This document shows positions 44,801 to 55,436 of a DNA stretch of 64,000 nt, in pieces (the stretch's first letter is position 1; every line of letters begins with the position of its first letter). The translations under genes and the position numbers were made by a program. The DNA comes from Podospora anserina (taxonomy: Eukaryota): positions 3,534,001 through 3,598,000 of the forward strand of contig CM030334.1 of assembly GCA_017654855.1 (NCBI GenBank), in the 5' to 3' direction. The notes under the pieces were generated by a model that ran no database searches, was not told the origin of the DNA, and worked only from the letters and a program-made list of their open reading frames with translations.

Positions 44801-45057
44801 TGTTCAAGGCCAGCGAACTTGCTCTCCAATTCGGGATGCAACGGTCAGAGCTTGGCCTTATGTTTCCTCAAAGGAACACCTTGGTTCTGCTAGGTCAAGA
44901 TTTTGTGCTTTGCTATGACAATGATGCCGAGCATGGGATGCAGAAGCCCGTGTTCCTCAGCGTATCTCCGATGTGCTACAAGACAGGTGATGGGAGGAAG
45001 GATACCACAACTACGAAGGTGATATCGCCTGGACAGATATATCCACACGCCCAGTAG
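41845..45057 (+). CDS. Large coiled-coil protein with conserved-looking C-terminal globular domain
   Basis: 1070-aa ORF: helical N-domain, P/S-rich linker, E/K/Q heptad coiled coil (about 43100-44120), and C-domain ending VFLSVSPMCYKTGDG...KVISPGQI. Likely in-frame intron at 44453-44515. Confidence 0.85.
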   Translation: MANIPNNFATPAYPDLRPDVPPRGSSTARNIFDKTKKKVSNFGRKDRPTEKPKQKNDPDVLNKLSRERQDQLPVELLNEIDVDRLAHLHSHILKRVSENRICEIPEDRVRYIANHHPHRLAVVLTKAPGLMGYLNNKEVGILSELDAATFLKLPDVVKERLSQACPEYYQRMMSQPQHALPHQPAPNTHSGDPQVRAQQPVRSASVQPSPSDAPVLPPVNFTTGPRMDATPDAYSPVNATLQAPFSGSHPEHVTQFPPPSTTISPRTYSLPHNTYHSQFSRYPLSSSSPPPSSSSPINGLPVSQTSFGTPAATLVTPSMSLGLSRSSSPTGYFKPNPQSYSGLQGPLNQNGNRSTLQDSAGPPPAVPPKSITHHSFEMALPSTQAQGELSLPIQNPDPQSFRARQQSQIQGEPADQLTKDERIRDLEAQAEAWKIEKTTLTQKVASLTESLESERERLESERKSTGTLHQSIGSLKNEKERLENEKKLVEDEKQRVEHERDALEREQIKLEGGIKKYLAAKKWKGLEQQKTAFDMIIDYCNEQLASVADWEDYNKEQTARVEKIKLENERLVQSLKDQDELIAERNKWWGEFEALDNRLKQLNPEHERRLQEEKNRHQHQLQEERKRHQHRFNAEIGKLNTEIEALKRKLDSHKADQLAATEKVRTTLQAEIDTLRQEKNIMQTQYQSYKDAHDQKLKRLTEEHEVALSQQKIDHEQKMQAFHAQCQDLINQVGIQWELNKQQAVKDLENKVRLLESSLVDNSDDYRPATDDHLQVDFDQLNLDISKITHNLPAVDFFQVNQLDPGGFLEREGRDQLRFLLQGIFWEHMMYGFFSAPFGLGALGPQQGKQRLLEVWIAYRKLLGTEKSEGMCLDHDYAIFPMLTNSLVNIVRLPIGEYDMATIEEDYVNFLRNDKETNKWRSSTFQAVMAALLPKKDKAHSSLSDYLSSPFFQNRNNVRENILTELRRICVGGIPQAIEQTVEKMVFKASELALQFGMQRSELGLMFPQRNTLVLLGQDFVLCYDNDAEHGMQKPVFLSVSPMCYKTGDGRKDTTTTKVISPGQIYPHAQ

Positions 45058-46459
45058 AAGGTTGGGATCCCGTTCAAATCAAGTAAGAGTTGCAAGTCGG
45101 GTCGTCGGGTTCATGGGTGGTTGGTTGGCGACTAGATCCTCAACGCAGATTGCTGCCTTAATTCACGTCGCCTAGTTAGACAGGTGCTTGGATTATTGTC
45201 TCGAAGTCCAACATCTTTCATCATTGAATCTTGACCATCTTTACGTGGTCTCATATTTCACACGAAAGACTCAGGGTTAATGGTGTGGCCTTAAGAACCC
45301 TTCATGTTAAATTCATAACCCCAACAGCAAGATCCACACCAACTCCAAACGCATCGTCAATCCATGAAGAAAAAAGACAGGAATAGGATGTCTGTGAAAC
45401 CGCAGTCTTTATGAGAGCAATGATATTAGGCGTTGCTTAACAAGCTAACAGATTTGCTGTTGATTCTGCCGGGAACCTGTTAGCACACAGGGTTAGACCA
45501 CAGGGAATTAGCCCCACCGCGGTCCACTCTGTGCGACGGGAGCGTGGAATCACTTCAACTTCTCAAGTCTTGCTCGGCAGGTATGGGGCAAGGTTGAGAA
45601 AGATGGGCCTCTCGACCTCGTCCAATATATCTCCTCCAGCCGCAGAAATGAAGCACCAGATTGTCCGCTGTTTCCCAGACTGCTCTCATTCTTCTGGTCG
45701 ACTCCAAGTAGCCGACCCCTCACTTTGTGGCGTCTAGCCGCATATTTCACGTCGCTCTGGGCGGTTCTCGAGACGAGGCTCTGACCATCGATAACACCAG
45801 TCCAGAACAAGCTTACACCTCATGGCCGCACAGTGCGCGTGCTACAGGCCCCCAGCATGGGGACTTTGAATCCAAGTCTTCCCTCTCTTATCACGGCACA
45901 GCAGCTCGAGTGCAGTCGAGACCTAAGCAAGTTGTCGGACCTGAACGAGCCTCCCATTGGCCGTCCGTCTTGTCATCCTGCCAAGAAGGATGAAGCCGCA
46001 TTTCCTCTTACAGACGCGCCTGCAATAGCGTGGGCCAAGCTGAATAGTTCGCTCAGCCAGAGTAACCGATCAAACACCACATTGTTGAGGAGGCCGATGG
46101 CACCTTGACCCAAGGCAGACTCCCCTACGGATGGGGTCTGCCAGAGAACATGGCTCAACCAGGTACCCGGGCTGCGGCTTGTGAGCATCCCGATGCCACC
46201 TTTCGAGGAGCCTTGTGGCTGTCCATTGACATGAGACACACTGACCACACCAAGTAGATGGACTCATGGCACAAGAAAACTTCACCAGGTGATGGCAATC
46301 CTTGTGGAATCAGACATCGACGCCCTCTACTCGACAAGATAACGCTTTTCACACCATTGGGTCATCCACTCTCCTCAACTTACCACCTCATGGGGCTGGC
46401 AGCCTATTACAAGATGAGCTAGGACTCTACGACCGGTTTACAGGCAAAATCATCTCGCG

Positions 46460-49400
46460 ATGGCTCATTTTCTACGCTCACCACGTGAAATATGGCATCG
46501 ACAAATCATCGACACTGGTGCCAGGCTCCAGCTGGGCTCTTCCGATTATTTTCCCTTTGATGCTCTCAGGCATGCCACAGATGCCTTTATTAACCGGCAA
46601 GGGCTTGTTCAAGGTTCATCACAATGCGATTCATTACTTCGAGAGTTGGTCTTGGAACATGCTGCGCGGGAAAACGGTTCGGAAAGAGTCGGTTTGGTCG
46701 CCTGTCTTCACGCCCTTTCCCACTCCGTTGGTACGACACTGCTGGTAGCAATGAGAGAGAAATGCCAGCTAGAAGCTGCCAGCCCGAAATTCTTGAGCTG
46801 CTTGACGCTTGGTGCACGCGCAAACCCGTTGCTCATCAGCAGAACAGACAGCCAAGTTGCGGATATCCTCTTGAGCCTGCTGGCGGGCACCGACTTTCTC
46901 CCAGCCATCAAACAGCTTTTCCAGACCCTGGAGGAAGGCCCTGATGCATACATCCTTCCACCTTCCTACATCATCGACTTTTTGAACGCGACAGACTTTT
47001 CCACGGCTTTCAGGACCCACTTGGACATGCTGCAACAAGAACGAAAATACATGAGTCTCTGTACTGCAGTTTCCTGGATTCGATCAGTATCTAATCAGCC
47101 CGAGACCTCCACAGCAAAGATAGTAGCGTCCGCTTTAGTGCCAGACAGGATATTTTGGGCCAACTGGAGACCAGACCAGGAACGGCTAAGGAACTGGGAA
47201 GAAGGGACCTTTTCAGAAACCCAGAGACAAAAGCTGTGCTATGTGTTTGATCTCGAAGGACCAGACATCACCGGCTCAGGGTATCCGTGTCTGAAAGACT
47301 CGGTTCCTGGATGTTTCAACGTCGTACCGGTCGTCAACCGAGACGTTCTATTGCTCCACCGCCTCCTAGCCAATCTGGACAACGCACAGCGTATTCCTGG
47401 CCCACACGCCATCAATCTCGTCATACACCTCTGTATCAACAGCTCGAGGCCTCTGGACAATGATCTCCTTTCCCTCACCGAAGCAGTGCTGGAGACCGAC
47501 GATGACGAGTCCATCCACTCGATCCTCATGTGGCTACAAACCTACGACGCCGGCTTTGACATTCGAATGACAGCTCTGACGAGGACACTTCCCATCTTGG
47601 AAGTCTATCCAAACCTTCAGCGGTTACTCTCTGGATATGTCAGCTTAGACGTGGCTCGAGTCATGCAGTTGGCCAGGGAAGAATACAACTCTATACTAGA
47701 GACGGACGTTGCAGAGAATCTTGCCATGAGGATACACGACTTTGGGGCGGCTATAGTGAACGCCAACTGGCTGCACGGATCTCTGCCCCTGAATCTATGG
47801 CAAAGCCTACAGCAACTCCCACCCAAAGAGACCTTGGATGAGATCTTCGAGGCCCTCGGGACATCTCACATCATGAACGAAGACATCAGGGCATACCTGA
47901 GGGTGGTGATTGGAGGAGAAACCCATGGCGACTCCCCTCCAGCCGAAGCGTTGCTAGCAATCGTCCGTCAGACCATCCGATTTTACGCAAGAGGTGTTGA
48001 GCCCGAAAGAGCAAAGCTTGCCACCGAGATAGAGCCACTACGCCATCATGACCCCAAAGTATATGACGCCTGTATCGAGCGAATCTTGAACGAGGACATC
48101 GTCCTCATCAAGGATATGTTGCCACTGGTCCGGTCAGAAAGCCATTCCTCGTGTGTCGAATTTGCGCGCCTCTTGGCCCAGCGTCAACAGCTGCGCTGTT
48201 ACACTCATGAATGCTGGCATCATCTGTTGTTCTTCCGGTTACTCCAACGGAGGCGAGACTTGCTGGCGTGGTCAGCCGCGGAGCTTCCTTTGCAGAACTT
48301 CGTCCAGTGGGTGCATGATCTCAGGGCTCTGTTCTCTCAACAAAGAGTTGGTGGTAGCAGTGGCATCTCGAGGATGTCGTTGTCGGATCTTGGTTTTACG
48401 CCGGAAAGGTATCAATGGTGGGATGTGCTCCAGCACCAGTATGGAAGAGCAGTTGGTATATTGGCATATCTACACCAGGAGGGCAACGGAGATTTAAAAT
48501 GGCTGTGGCTGCAAGAGATACCAGATACAACTGTGTTATTGGACATTCTGCAAGACGAAAACAAAGTGTTGCCGCAGGACTCGGTGCTGATGTCGCTTTT
48601 TCAGCCGAAACCAGACACGCTGAGTCTCATCTGTTTGGCTTTGGCTGGCTTACGTCGCGCTGCCCCTCAAGGGAAGGTGGCCCTTGAGAGTATCTGCGCT
48701 CGGGAAAAACAGCTGGATGCTGGGAAGTGGAATCGTCAGGCCACGCAGGTGCTGAGTTACTGCTGGAGACGCTCGCCAGACATCAACACCGATGACATGA
48801 GTCGCAATGCCCTTTGGGCTTTCACGGCTTTGTTGGGGTTAGGGGATGATGTTGACGACCAAGGTCTGCAGGTTGCCGGAGAATGTCTCATGGCCGACTA
48901 CGCAAACCTGGTTCTCGCGGCCAATAACCTTCTCGATATGCAAGTTCTACTTCAAAGTTCGGATGCGGCCCGAACAGCTATGCTCATGGAGGAGCTCGGC
49001 GTAGAAGATGCCCCTCCTGTTGAACCCTTCACTCCAGCTGCGGCCATGATTCCTACACACCTCACCAGCTTCATCGAACCAGTCGGTGAAATGCAATGGG
49101 AGCTTTGCTTCCCTCTCAAAAAAATCTCCGCCCAGAAGAGACAAGCCATCGGCATCGATCCCTCCCCACGCTTGCTCCTCGTGAGGATATCCCTTCTAGA
49201 CCAGCAACCAGCTTTTTGCATCCACTACCACCCCAGCACCACCGACGACAGCAACACCCGTCCTCACGGCTTGTGGCACGTAAGCGGCCTCAACATGCCA
49301 GACGGCACCAACTGCTTCGCCAAACCATCCCTATTCGCCTACCTCCTAAGCCGCAGACTCTCCGCCTTCCTCTCCTCGCTGTCTCAAGATAACCACATCA

Positions 49401-50296
49401 GCGGCACCATCCAAGAGCAACTCCAACTGGACAGAACCTACACCTTCATCTCATCCATCCTCGCCTCTCCCCTGTCCCACTGCCTGGCATGCCTCGAACA
49501 ACTCGCTCGCCCCGGTCCAATTCCTTCAACTTGCGGATCTCAGTTCTGTGACGAGACCTTCTTGTTTGCTCCATTAGAAGTCAGAGCACACCACCTCTTG
49601 TCCGACCCCCCGGCGTTGGACTTCTTACTATCATGTGTCTATTCAGCCAATGTCTCTGTTCCAGAACTGAGAAATGGGCTCAGAGCGGTCATTGACTCTT
49701 TTCCTGTCCTGGCGGGAGTTAGCTCCTCGCCAGGGGAGACGTTATCCCGGATTTTAAGTCGGGAAAACCCAGGGTCAGATGATGGCCTCTCAGCAGATAG
49801 AGAGACTTTACTCTCTTGGATGAGCGGGCAGTTTGGGGGCAGTAGTAGTCTGATTTCTGCGCCGGGTGGGTCGAGATTACCGGCTATGCAGGGGGTTGTG
49901 CAGTTTATACTGAGAACTGGCGACTTTATTGGCGGTGCGGGGGGCTCTGGGAATATCAAGTTTATTGGGTCGGGATTGGGGACTAGGAGCATGTGGGAGA
50001 TTTTGTGCAAGGGGTTGGTTGTGGGCGGTGACGGGGAAGCGGAGGAGAGAGGAGAAGATGAGCCGCCGATGGATTTGAGGACTTGCCGGAAGACAAAGAC
50101 TACGTGGAAGAGCAGCCTGCTGATGGACAGGAGGGTGTTTGTTGCGTGTGAGGATTTTGGGGGTGTGAAGGGGGTGGTGGTGAGGTATGTGTTGTTGTGT
50201 CCAGAGGGGTTTGTGCCACCGAGGATGAGGGTTATTGGGGATGCGCTGAGGCAGAGTTTTGGTGCTTTGAGGGCTGGGAGGTTGGTCAAGGAGTAG
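46460..50296 (+). CDS. Large helical protein with C-terminal degenerate PARP-like (ADP-ribosyltransferase-fold) domain
   Basis: 1278-aa ORF. The C-terminal third has HCLAC...PSTC...C, LEVR...DPPALDFLL, IDSFP, LPAMQGVVQFIL, ILCKGL, WKSS...VFVACE, VVVRYVLL, matching my recollection of fungal PARP6/8/16-like proteins. Confidence 0.75.
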   Translation: MAHFLRSPREIWHRQIIDTGARLQLGSSDYFPFDALRHATDAFINRQGLVQGSSQCDSLLRELVLEHAARENGSERVGLVACLHALSHSVGTTLLVAMREKCQLEAASPKFLSCLTLGARANPLLISRTDSQVADILLSLLAGTDFLPAIKQLFQTLEEGPDAYILPPSYIIDFLNATDFSTAFRTHLDMLQQERKYMSLCTAVSWIRSVSNQPETSTAKIVASALVPDRIFWANWRPDQERLRNWEEGTFSETQRQKLCYVFDLEGPDITGSGYPCLKDSVPGCFNVVPVVNRDVLLLHRLLANLDNAQRIPGPHAINLVIHLCINSSRPLDNDLLSLTEAVLETDDDESIHSILMWLQTYDAGFDIRMTALTRTLPILEVYPNLQRLLSGYVSLDVARVMQLAREEYNSILETDVAENLAMRIHDFGAAIVNANWLHGSLPLNLWQSLQQLPPKETLDEIFEALGTSHIMNEDIRAYLRVVIGGETHGDSPPAEALLAIVRQTIRFYARGVEPERAKLATEIEPLRHHDPKVYDACIERILNEDIVLIKDMLPLVRSESHSSCVEFARLLAQRQQLRCYTHECWHHLLFFRLLQRRRDLLAWSAAELPLQNFVQWVHDLRALFSQQRVGGSSGISRMSLSDLGFTPERYQWWDVLQHQYGRAVGILAYLHQEGNGDLKWLWLQEIPDTTVLLDILQDENKVLPQDSVLMSLFQPKPDTLSLICLALAGLRRAAPQGKVALESICAREKQLDAGKWNRQATQVLSYCWRRSPDINTDDMSRNALWAFTALLGLGDDVDDQGLQVAGECLMADYANLVLAANNLLDMQVLLQSSDAARTAMLMEELGVEDAPPVEPFTPAAAMIPTHLTSFIEPVGEMQWELCFPLKKISAQKRQAIGIDPSPRLLLVRISLLDQQPAFCIHYHPSTTDDSNTRPHGLWHVSGLNMPDGTNCFAKPSLFAYLLSRRLSAFLSSLSQDNHISGTIQEQLQLDRTYTFISSILASPLSHCLACLEQLARPGPIPSTCGSQFCDETFLFAPLEVRAHHLLSDPPALDFLLSCVYSANVSVPELRNGLRAVIDSFPVLAGVSSSPGETLSRILSRENPGSDDGLSADRETLLSWMSGQFGGSSSLISAPGGSRLPAMQGVVQFILRTGDFIGGAGGSGNIKFIGSGLGTRSMWEILCKGLVVGGDGEAEERGEDEPPMDLRTCRKTKTTWKSSLLMDRRVFVACEDFGGVKGVVVRYVLLCPEGFVPPRMRVIGDALRQSFGALRAGRLVKE

Positions 50297-50635
50297 TATC
50301 AGGTAGGGTTGCAATCATCACCTATACTGAAATAGAAGACTTTCTTCGAACCACACACCAGACACAAGCACACATGACACCTGTGACATGGACTCTATTG
50401 AGAAGCGCCTCTGTAACCGCTCAGTCGAGACAGCTGAGTTAGCAGTTCAGCTCCCCTTGGCAGACACTTACACCCCAGGTAGGCAGACTGACAGCCTGAT
50501 CCAATGTGGCGCGCACTAACGAGCTGCTGCATAGGTGTACATGAGGCTGCCCCCCCTCTCTTTATGATTTTTCATCTTCATGTTTGTCTTCTTCACCTGT
50601 CCACATCATTTATCGAAGCAACATAATAACACAAA

Positions 50636-52024
50636 ATGGCCTCCCTCTTCACGCAGCGCAGCGCGCGTCGCTCCAACCAAACACTACCCCAACCAACACC
50701 CTCATCAGCCAACACCAACCTCTCCCGTCACACCTCTCTCCAATCCCACTCATCCTGGTCCCCCGGCGGTCTTCCCCAGCGCTTCCTCCCTCCCCAGAAC
50801 CCCCGACCGCAAATAGTAACCCCAGAACAATTCACCTCCCTCTCGCAGCAATTTTCAGCCCTCCACGCAGACCTCACCACCCAAGCAAGTCTTTTGCTAG
50901 GAGAAATCCTCGCCCTCCAGCAAACCCTTCCCGGCGTCCGCCTCTCAGAAACCTCAACCAACCTAGACATAACCGCATTCCTCCAAGCCCTACTTCACGG
51001 GAAGCTCTCCTCCGCCCTCACCCCACCAGTCCTTTCCCAACATGAGGAAACCCCCAAACCCCCCCGCCCCATCAGAGCCCTCTCCAGAGAAATCCAAGCC
51101 TGCCTCTCCAAAAACGACTACTTTGCTGCAATCGGCACAGCAATCGACGACCTGCGCCCCTCTGCCAAAGGTGACTCCCCCGACGCCGAGCAAGAAGCCA
51201 GGGATCGAATGGACTTGCTCCGATCTGCAATGCCAGAAGGGGAGACATACGAACAATTCTGGGCCGATGTTGCTATGCATCTTGATCACGAGTTTTCTGT
51301 TTCTGCTGAGGCTGGGTATGTTAATTCGACAACGTTCAAATCTGGGGTGGGGGTGGGAGAGATACCGAGAGAAAGGTTTTTGGCGACGAGTGATGGGTTT
51401 GCTTGGGATGTGGAGGAGTTGGTTGAGGAGATTGTGAGGGGAAAGGGGGAGTTTAAGAATCCGGTTACGGGGAGGGTGTTTGTTGGGGGGGATGTCGAGT
51501 TGATTAGACGGCATCCATTGGGGAGAGGGGTTGATGAGGCTGTGCTTGCTCTGCAGAGAGAGCAGGGGCAGATGGAAGGAAAGGCGGAGATGGATGGGCA
51601 AGAGAAGGCCGGGATGGATGGGCTTGGGAAAGGGGAGGAGAGGTGGGAGGCAAAGTTGTCGGCTCAGTGGGCGAGGCAGATGCATGAGAACATAAGGGAG
51701 AAGGCGGAGAAGGAGAGGAAATTGTCGGGGTTGATGTCGGGGTTTGGGAGGTTGAAGCTGGAGGTGACATCGCCAACGACAGCTGCTGTTGAACTGCCAG
51801 CAACAACGGCAGTGAGATCAGACGATGTGCCCTCAAAGACAGCTAGTCCATTCATTCCCGGGGCGTTCCCTGACTACACGACCCTTGCGGAACTGCCAGG
51901 CTCCAACGAGCATGACAACATCAAGAAGGAGGAAGAGGGCAACAAGGCGAATGCTGGAGAGCCAGATTCCAAGTCTTTTGCATGGTACAATAAGTACTTT
52001 CACTCCATGTACGGTCAACATTAG
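50636..52024 (+). CDS. Hypothetical protein with TSDGxAWD...NPxT domain (possibly U-box/RING-like)
   Basis: 462-aa ORF. Motif YVNSTT...IPRERFLATSDGFAWDVEELVEEI...FKNPVTGRVF...DVELIRRHPLG. Confidence 0.75.
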   Translation: MASLFTQRSARRSNQTLPQPTPSSANTNLSRHTSLQSHSSWSPGGLPQRFLPPQNPRPQIVTPEQFTSLSQQFSALHADLTTQASLLLGEILALQQTLPGVRLSETSTNLDITAFLQALLHGKLSSALTPPVLSQHEETPKPPRPIRALSREIQACLSKNDYFAAIGTAIDDLRPSAKGDSPDAEQEARDRMDLLRSAMPEGETYEQFWADVAMHLDHEFSVSAEAGYVNSTTFKSGVGVGEIPRERFLATSDGFAWDVEELVEEIVRGKGEFKNPVTGRVFVGGDVELIRRHPLGRGVDEAVLALQREQGQMEGKAEMDGQEKAGMDGLGKGEERWEAKLSAQWARQMHENIREKAEKERKLSGLMSGFGRLKLEVTSPTTAAVELPATTAVRSDDVPSKTASPFIPGAFPDYTTLAELPGSNEHDNIKKEEEGNKANAGEPDSKSFAWYNKYFHSMYGQH

Positions 52025-52757
52025 AGCATTGATACCGCCAGAAGGCAAACAAACAAATCTTCAAAGTCTTTTGATCGGCCCCTTCCCGGGAGTGATCAGA
52101 TATTTGTGGCCATCTGAACTGTGAGCATTGCGACATCGGCCTCGGTTGAGGCATTGGGTAATCTTAAGTTTCCAATAAGGACATCTGCAAACAATGGCGT
52201 GATTCTGCCAGGCACCATCATCAGAGGGAACGTGCTTCCATCACCCTCCCGGAACGTGACTCCACTATTCCGGCCAATCCGGTGCTCACAGCCGGAAGTC
52301 ACCCTCTCGATATTCACACTGTGCCGAAAATTGGTCCGCTCTTTCCGAAAATGTGGTCCGTGCACGCCGAAAATGCGGCTTTGGGAAGGTACGGAGCACG
52401 GAGTCCAGAAGGAAAGAACCATGCCAACACTAACTCACCCCTCTCGACTTTCCCTGTAATAGTGAGTCAGATAAGCTCTCCATCTTCCTTTAAATTTTCT
52501 CACCCTCATCATCTTTTCAGGTCTAAACCCTCCAAGCGACACACGAGAGGGGTAGCCGGGCAGACTTCATCTTGACATCGTCCCAGTCATTGTACTGTTG
52601 GCCGTGTGAGGTTGTTAGTCACCTCACTCCCTCAACAGAACGGCCAGTTTCAGCTGTCACTCATTCAACAACTGTGTGCCCTTCGTCTCTTCCCTTTTCA
52701 AAGCCAGTTCCTACACCTCACTCGCCACCTTTACTTTGAACAACCAGCTCAGACATC

Positions 52758-53772
52758 ATGACAAGAGTGACCATGGACACGAGCTCTTTCAGCTCATTCA
52801 CTCCCCGGGAGCTTCAAACCGACCGCCCTCCAAGAGAGCCGGCCCCTCCCACTCCCTTTATCTCTTTCATCAAGCCTCAAGGCCAGCTCTGGAACTACAA
52901 CCGGCACAAGACCCACGAAGACCAGCCAGGCAACATCCCCAAGGCTTTCCTCGATGCCATGAGCGTCAGAGAGAAGGTCTACGTCGAAGAACAGGGCGTT
53001 GCCTTGGAGAACGAATTCGACAGTGACGACCACCGTAGCTGGTATCGTCTCCCCCCGTTTACCCTTTTTGAATTCATAACTAACACCCTGCTCTAAAAGC
53101 CACTGGGTAATCTACGCCTCTGTCCTCACCACCATCCTTCCAGCCATCCTAGACCCCCGAACCGGCAAGCTTGTCCGCCCCCGCGTCACCAGGACCACCT
53201 CCCTCCCTATCGGCACCCTCCGCCTAGTCCCCTTCCCCCACTCAGCCCACCCCCGCGACGGCGGCATCTACTTAAACGGCCTCCTCACCAACGTCGGCGA
53301 CCCCGTCCGCCCTAGAAGCAGCGAGACGGTCCAGGCTCTCCAGCCCCAAGAGATCCAAGGAGGCAACCGTCGCAACTCCCTCTACATCCGCGACTTCCCC
53401 ACCACCTTCCACAACGGTCAGGAGCCGTACGTGAAGCTCGGTCGTCTGGCTGTCCTCAAGGAGTACCGTAACAAGGGAATCGCGGGCCAGCTTGTGCGCG
53501 CCGCAATTACCTGGATGCAGACGAATTACACCATCTTCAACCCTAGCCCTTCCGTGTTGGGCTTTGACAGACTGGGCATGGACGTGACGGGCCAGCTGCC
53601 TAAGTGGCGGGGCCTGTTTTGCATTCATGCGCAGGAGGAGGCGGTCAAGGTCTGGGAGAGGTATGGGTTCAAGGTAGACGAGAAGATGGGAAAGTGGTGG
53701 GAGGAGGGGATCCCGCATGTGGGCATGTGGTTGAGGGTTCCGGTTGGCAAGGGGGGTCATACTGTTGCCTGA
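52758..53772 (+). CDS. GNAT-family acetyltransferase (YjcF/ElaA-like), 2 exons
   Basis: VREKVYVEEQGV..ENEFDSDD; intron 53042-53099; PIGTLRL; KLGRLAVLKEYRNKGIA; IHAQ...WERYGF...EEGIPHVGM. Confidence 0.9.
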
Positions 53773-54446
53773 GCTGAGGAGATGGAGGACTGGTGTGGTT
53801 TTTATTTCTTTTTAAGAATGGCGAGTACAAGTGTCTCTCGTCCAGGCTTGATGCCTTTTCCCTGTATTCTGCTGGCCAGGCATGCTTTTATTCCAAAACA
53901 GAGAAACTCTTCATGGCTATGGCGTTTTTTTGGGAGCAAGAGGACAAGGAAAAGCATCTGCTGGCTCGGCTGGCTTATGATAATCCCCTGGCAAATGGGT
54001 CATTTACCAAGCACCTCTCTGTTCATCTGTCTGAGATCGAGGTCATCTTTGCAATGTGTATGATAGCAAGCGTTGGAGCACCGGGGCACTGGAGGTTCTT
54101 TGCTTTTTACTTCGTAGATTTATGGGGAAACGGTCTCCAATCACTGAGACACAGATTATAGCCCCCCATCTCTATGGTAAAAAAAGACAGAAAAATACAA
54201 AGAGATGTAGAGGAGGCCACACACACAAGAAAAGACATGTGCACATGTGGCATGGTATTTTTGACACCGATGACGCCTTTCGGAAATTGACGATTTGCTC
54301 CCTTTTTATGAGAGACCCCTATTTGTGCCTGTTTAACAAGAGTGCCGTGCAGCCATCCCAGACCGTAATGGGCAAATGCATCCCTGCAAAACAAGTCGTA
54401 AAATCCGTTCCACGCCGAACCACATGCCTTCCACCAGAGACACCAT

Positions 54447-55436
54447 TTACCGGTTGCTCTTGGCGACACGCTCCAACTCATCCTTCTTCTTGATGGCATA
54501 AGAGTTGCTGGAACCCTTGGCGGCGTTGATGAGCTCCTCAGCAAGGCACTCAGCAATCGACTTGACGTTGCGGAAAGAGGCCTCGCGGGCACCGGTGGTG
54601 AGGAGAGAGATGGCCTGGTTGACGCGGCGGAGGGGAGAGACATCGACGGCCTGTCTGCGGACGGTACCAGCCGAGCCGATACGGGTGCTGTCTTCGCGGG
54701 GACCGCAGTTGACAATGGCGTCAACGGCAATCTGGATGGGGTTCTGGTCGGTCATCAGGTGGATCTGTGCGTGATGGTGTCAGTTCTCTCAGATCCTCCA
54801 ACTTCCTTGGGTGCTCGGTGATGCTCACGATCTCGAAGGCATGGGCGACGATGCGGACGGCCATCATCTTCTTGCCGTTGTTGCGGCCGTGCATCATGAG
54901 GGAGTTGGTGAGACGCTCAATGATGGGGCAGTTGGCCTTGCGGAAACGCTTGGCGGCATAGCGACCGGCAGAGTGAGGGAGGTAGACGGGAGCCCGGATC
55001 TGGATGTAGTCGCTGAAGCACACAAATTCCCGTTAGCCTCCAATTCCCCAGCCAGAGAGAGAGCAAGAGCCACCATGTGAAGCCTGCGTTCCGAATCTCG
55101 AATATCTTTCGGTGGTTCGATCGGCGCGCGTAACTTCGCAATCGGGCTTCCTGCTCGGGTTCTGATCTTGCGACAAAGGTAGAGGGCTCTTACGTTAAGG
55201 AGATATCCCGGATCTCGACATCATCGTAGCTCCAGCGGTCTGTAATTGACACCAGTCAGCGTCTGAGTTCCCCATCTTCGAGTTTTGACGGTTTTTGAAG
55301 TCGTCCCGCAGTCGAAATGGGGGGTCTGCTGCATGGGGCAAAATAACGTACTGAAGAGCTTGATGCTGCCAACCTCAGCGGCAACCTCCTTGGGGAGGAC
55401 CTCGTAGGCCTGAACTTCAACGCCGGCGTCAGACAT
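54447..55436 (-). CDS. RPS5: 40S ribosomal protein S5 (uS7), multi-exon
   Basis: [59 protein letters not shown]. Confidence 0.98.

Noticed and set aside
53782-54440. ORFs between the GNAT gene and RPS5
   Set aside because: Lie in convergent 3' UTR space, with no motifs and T/A-run-rich composition.
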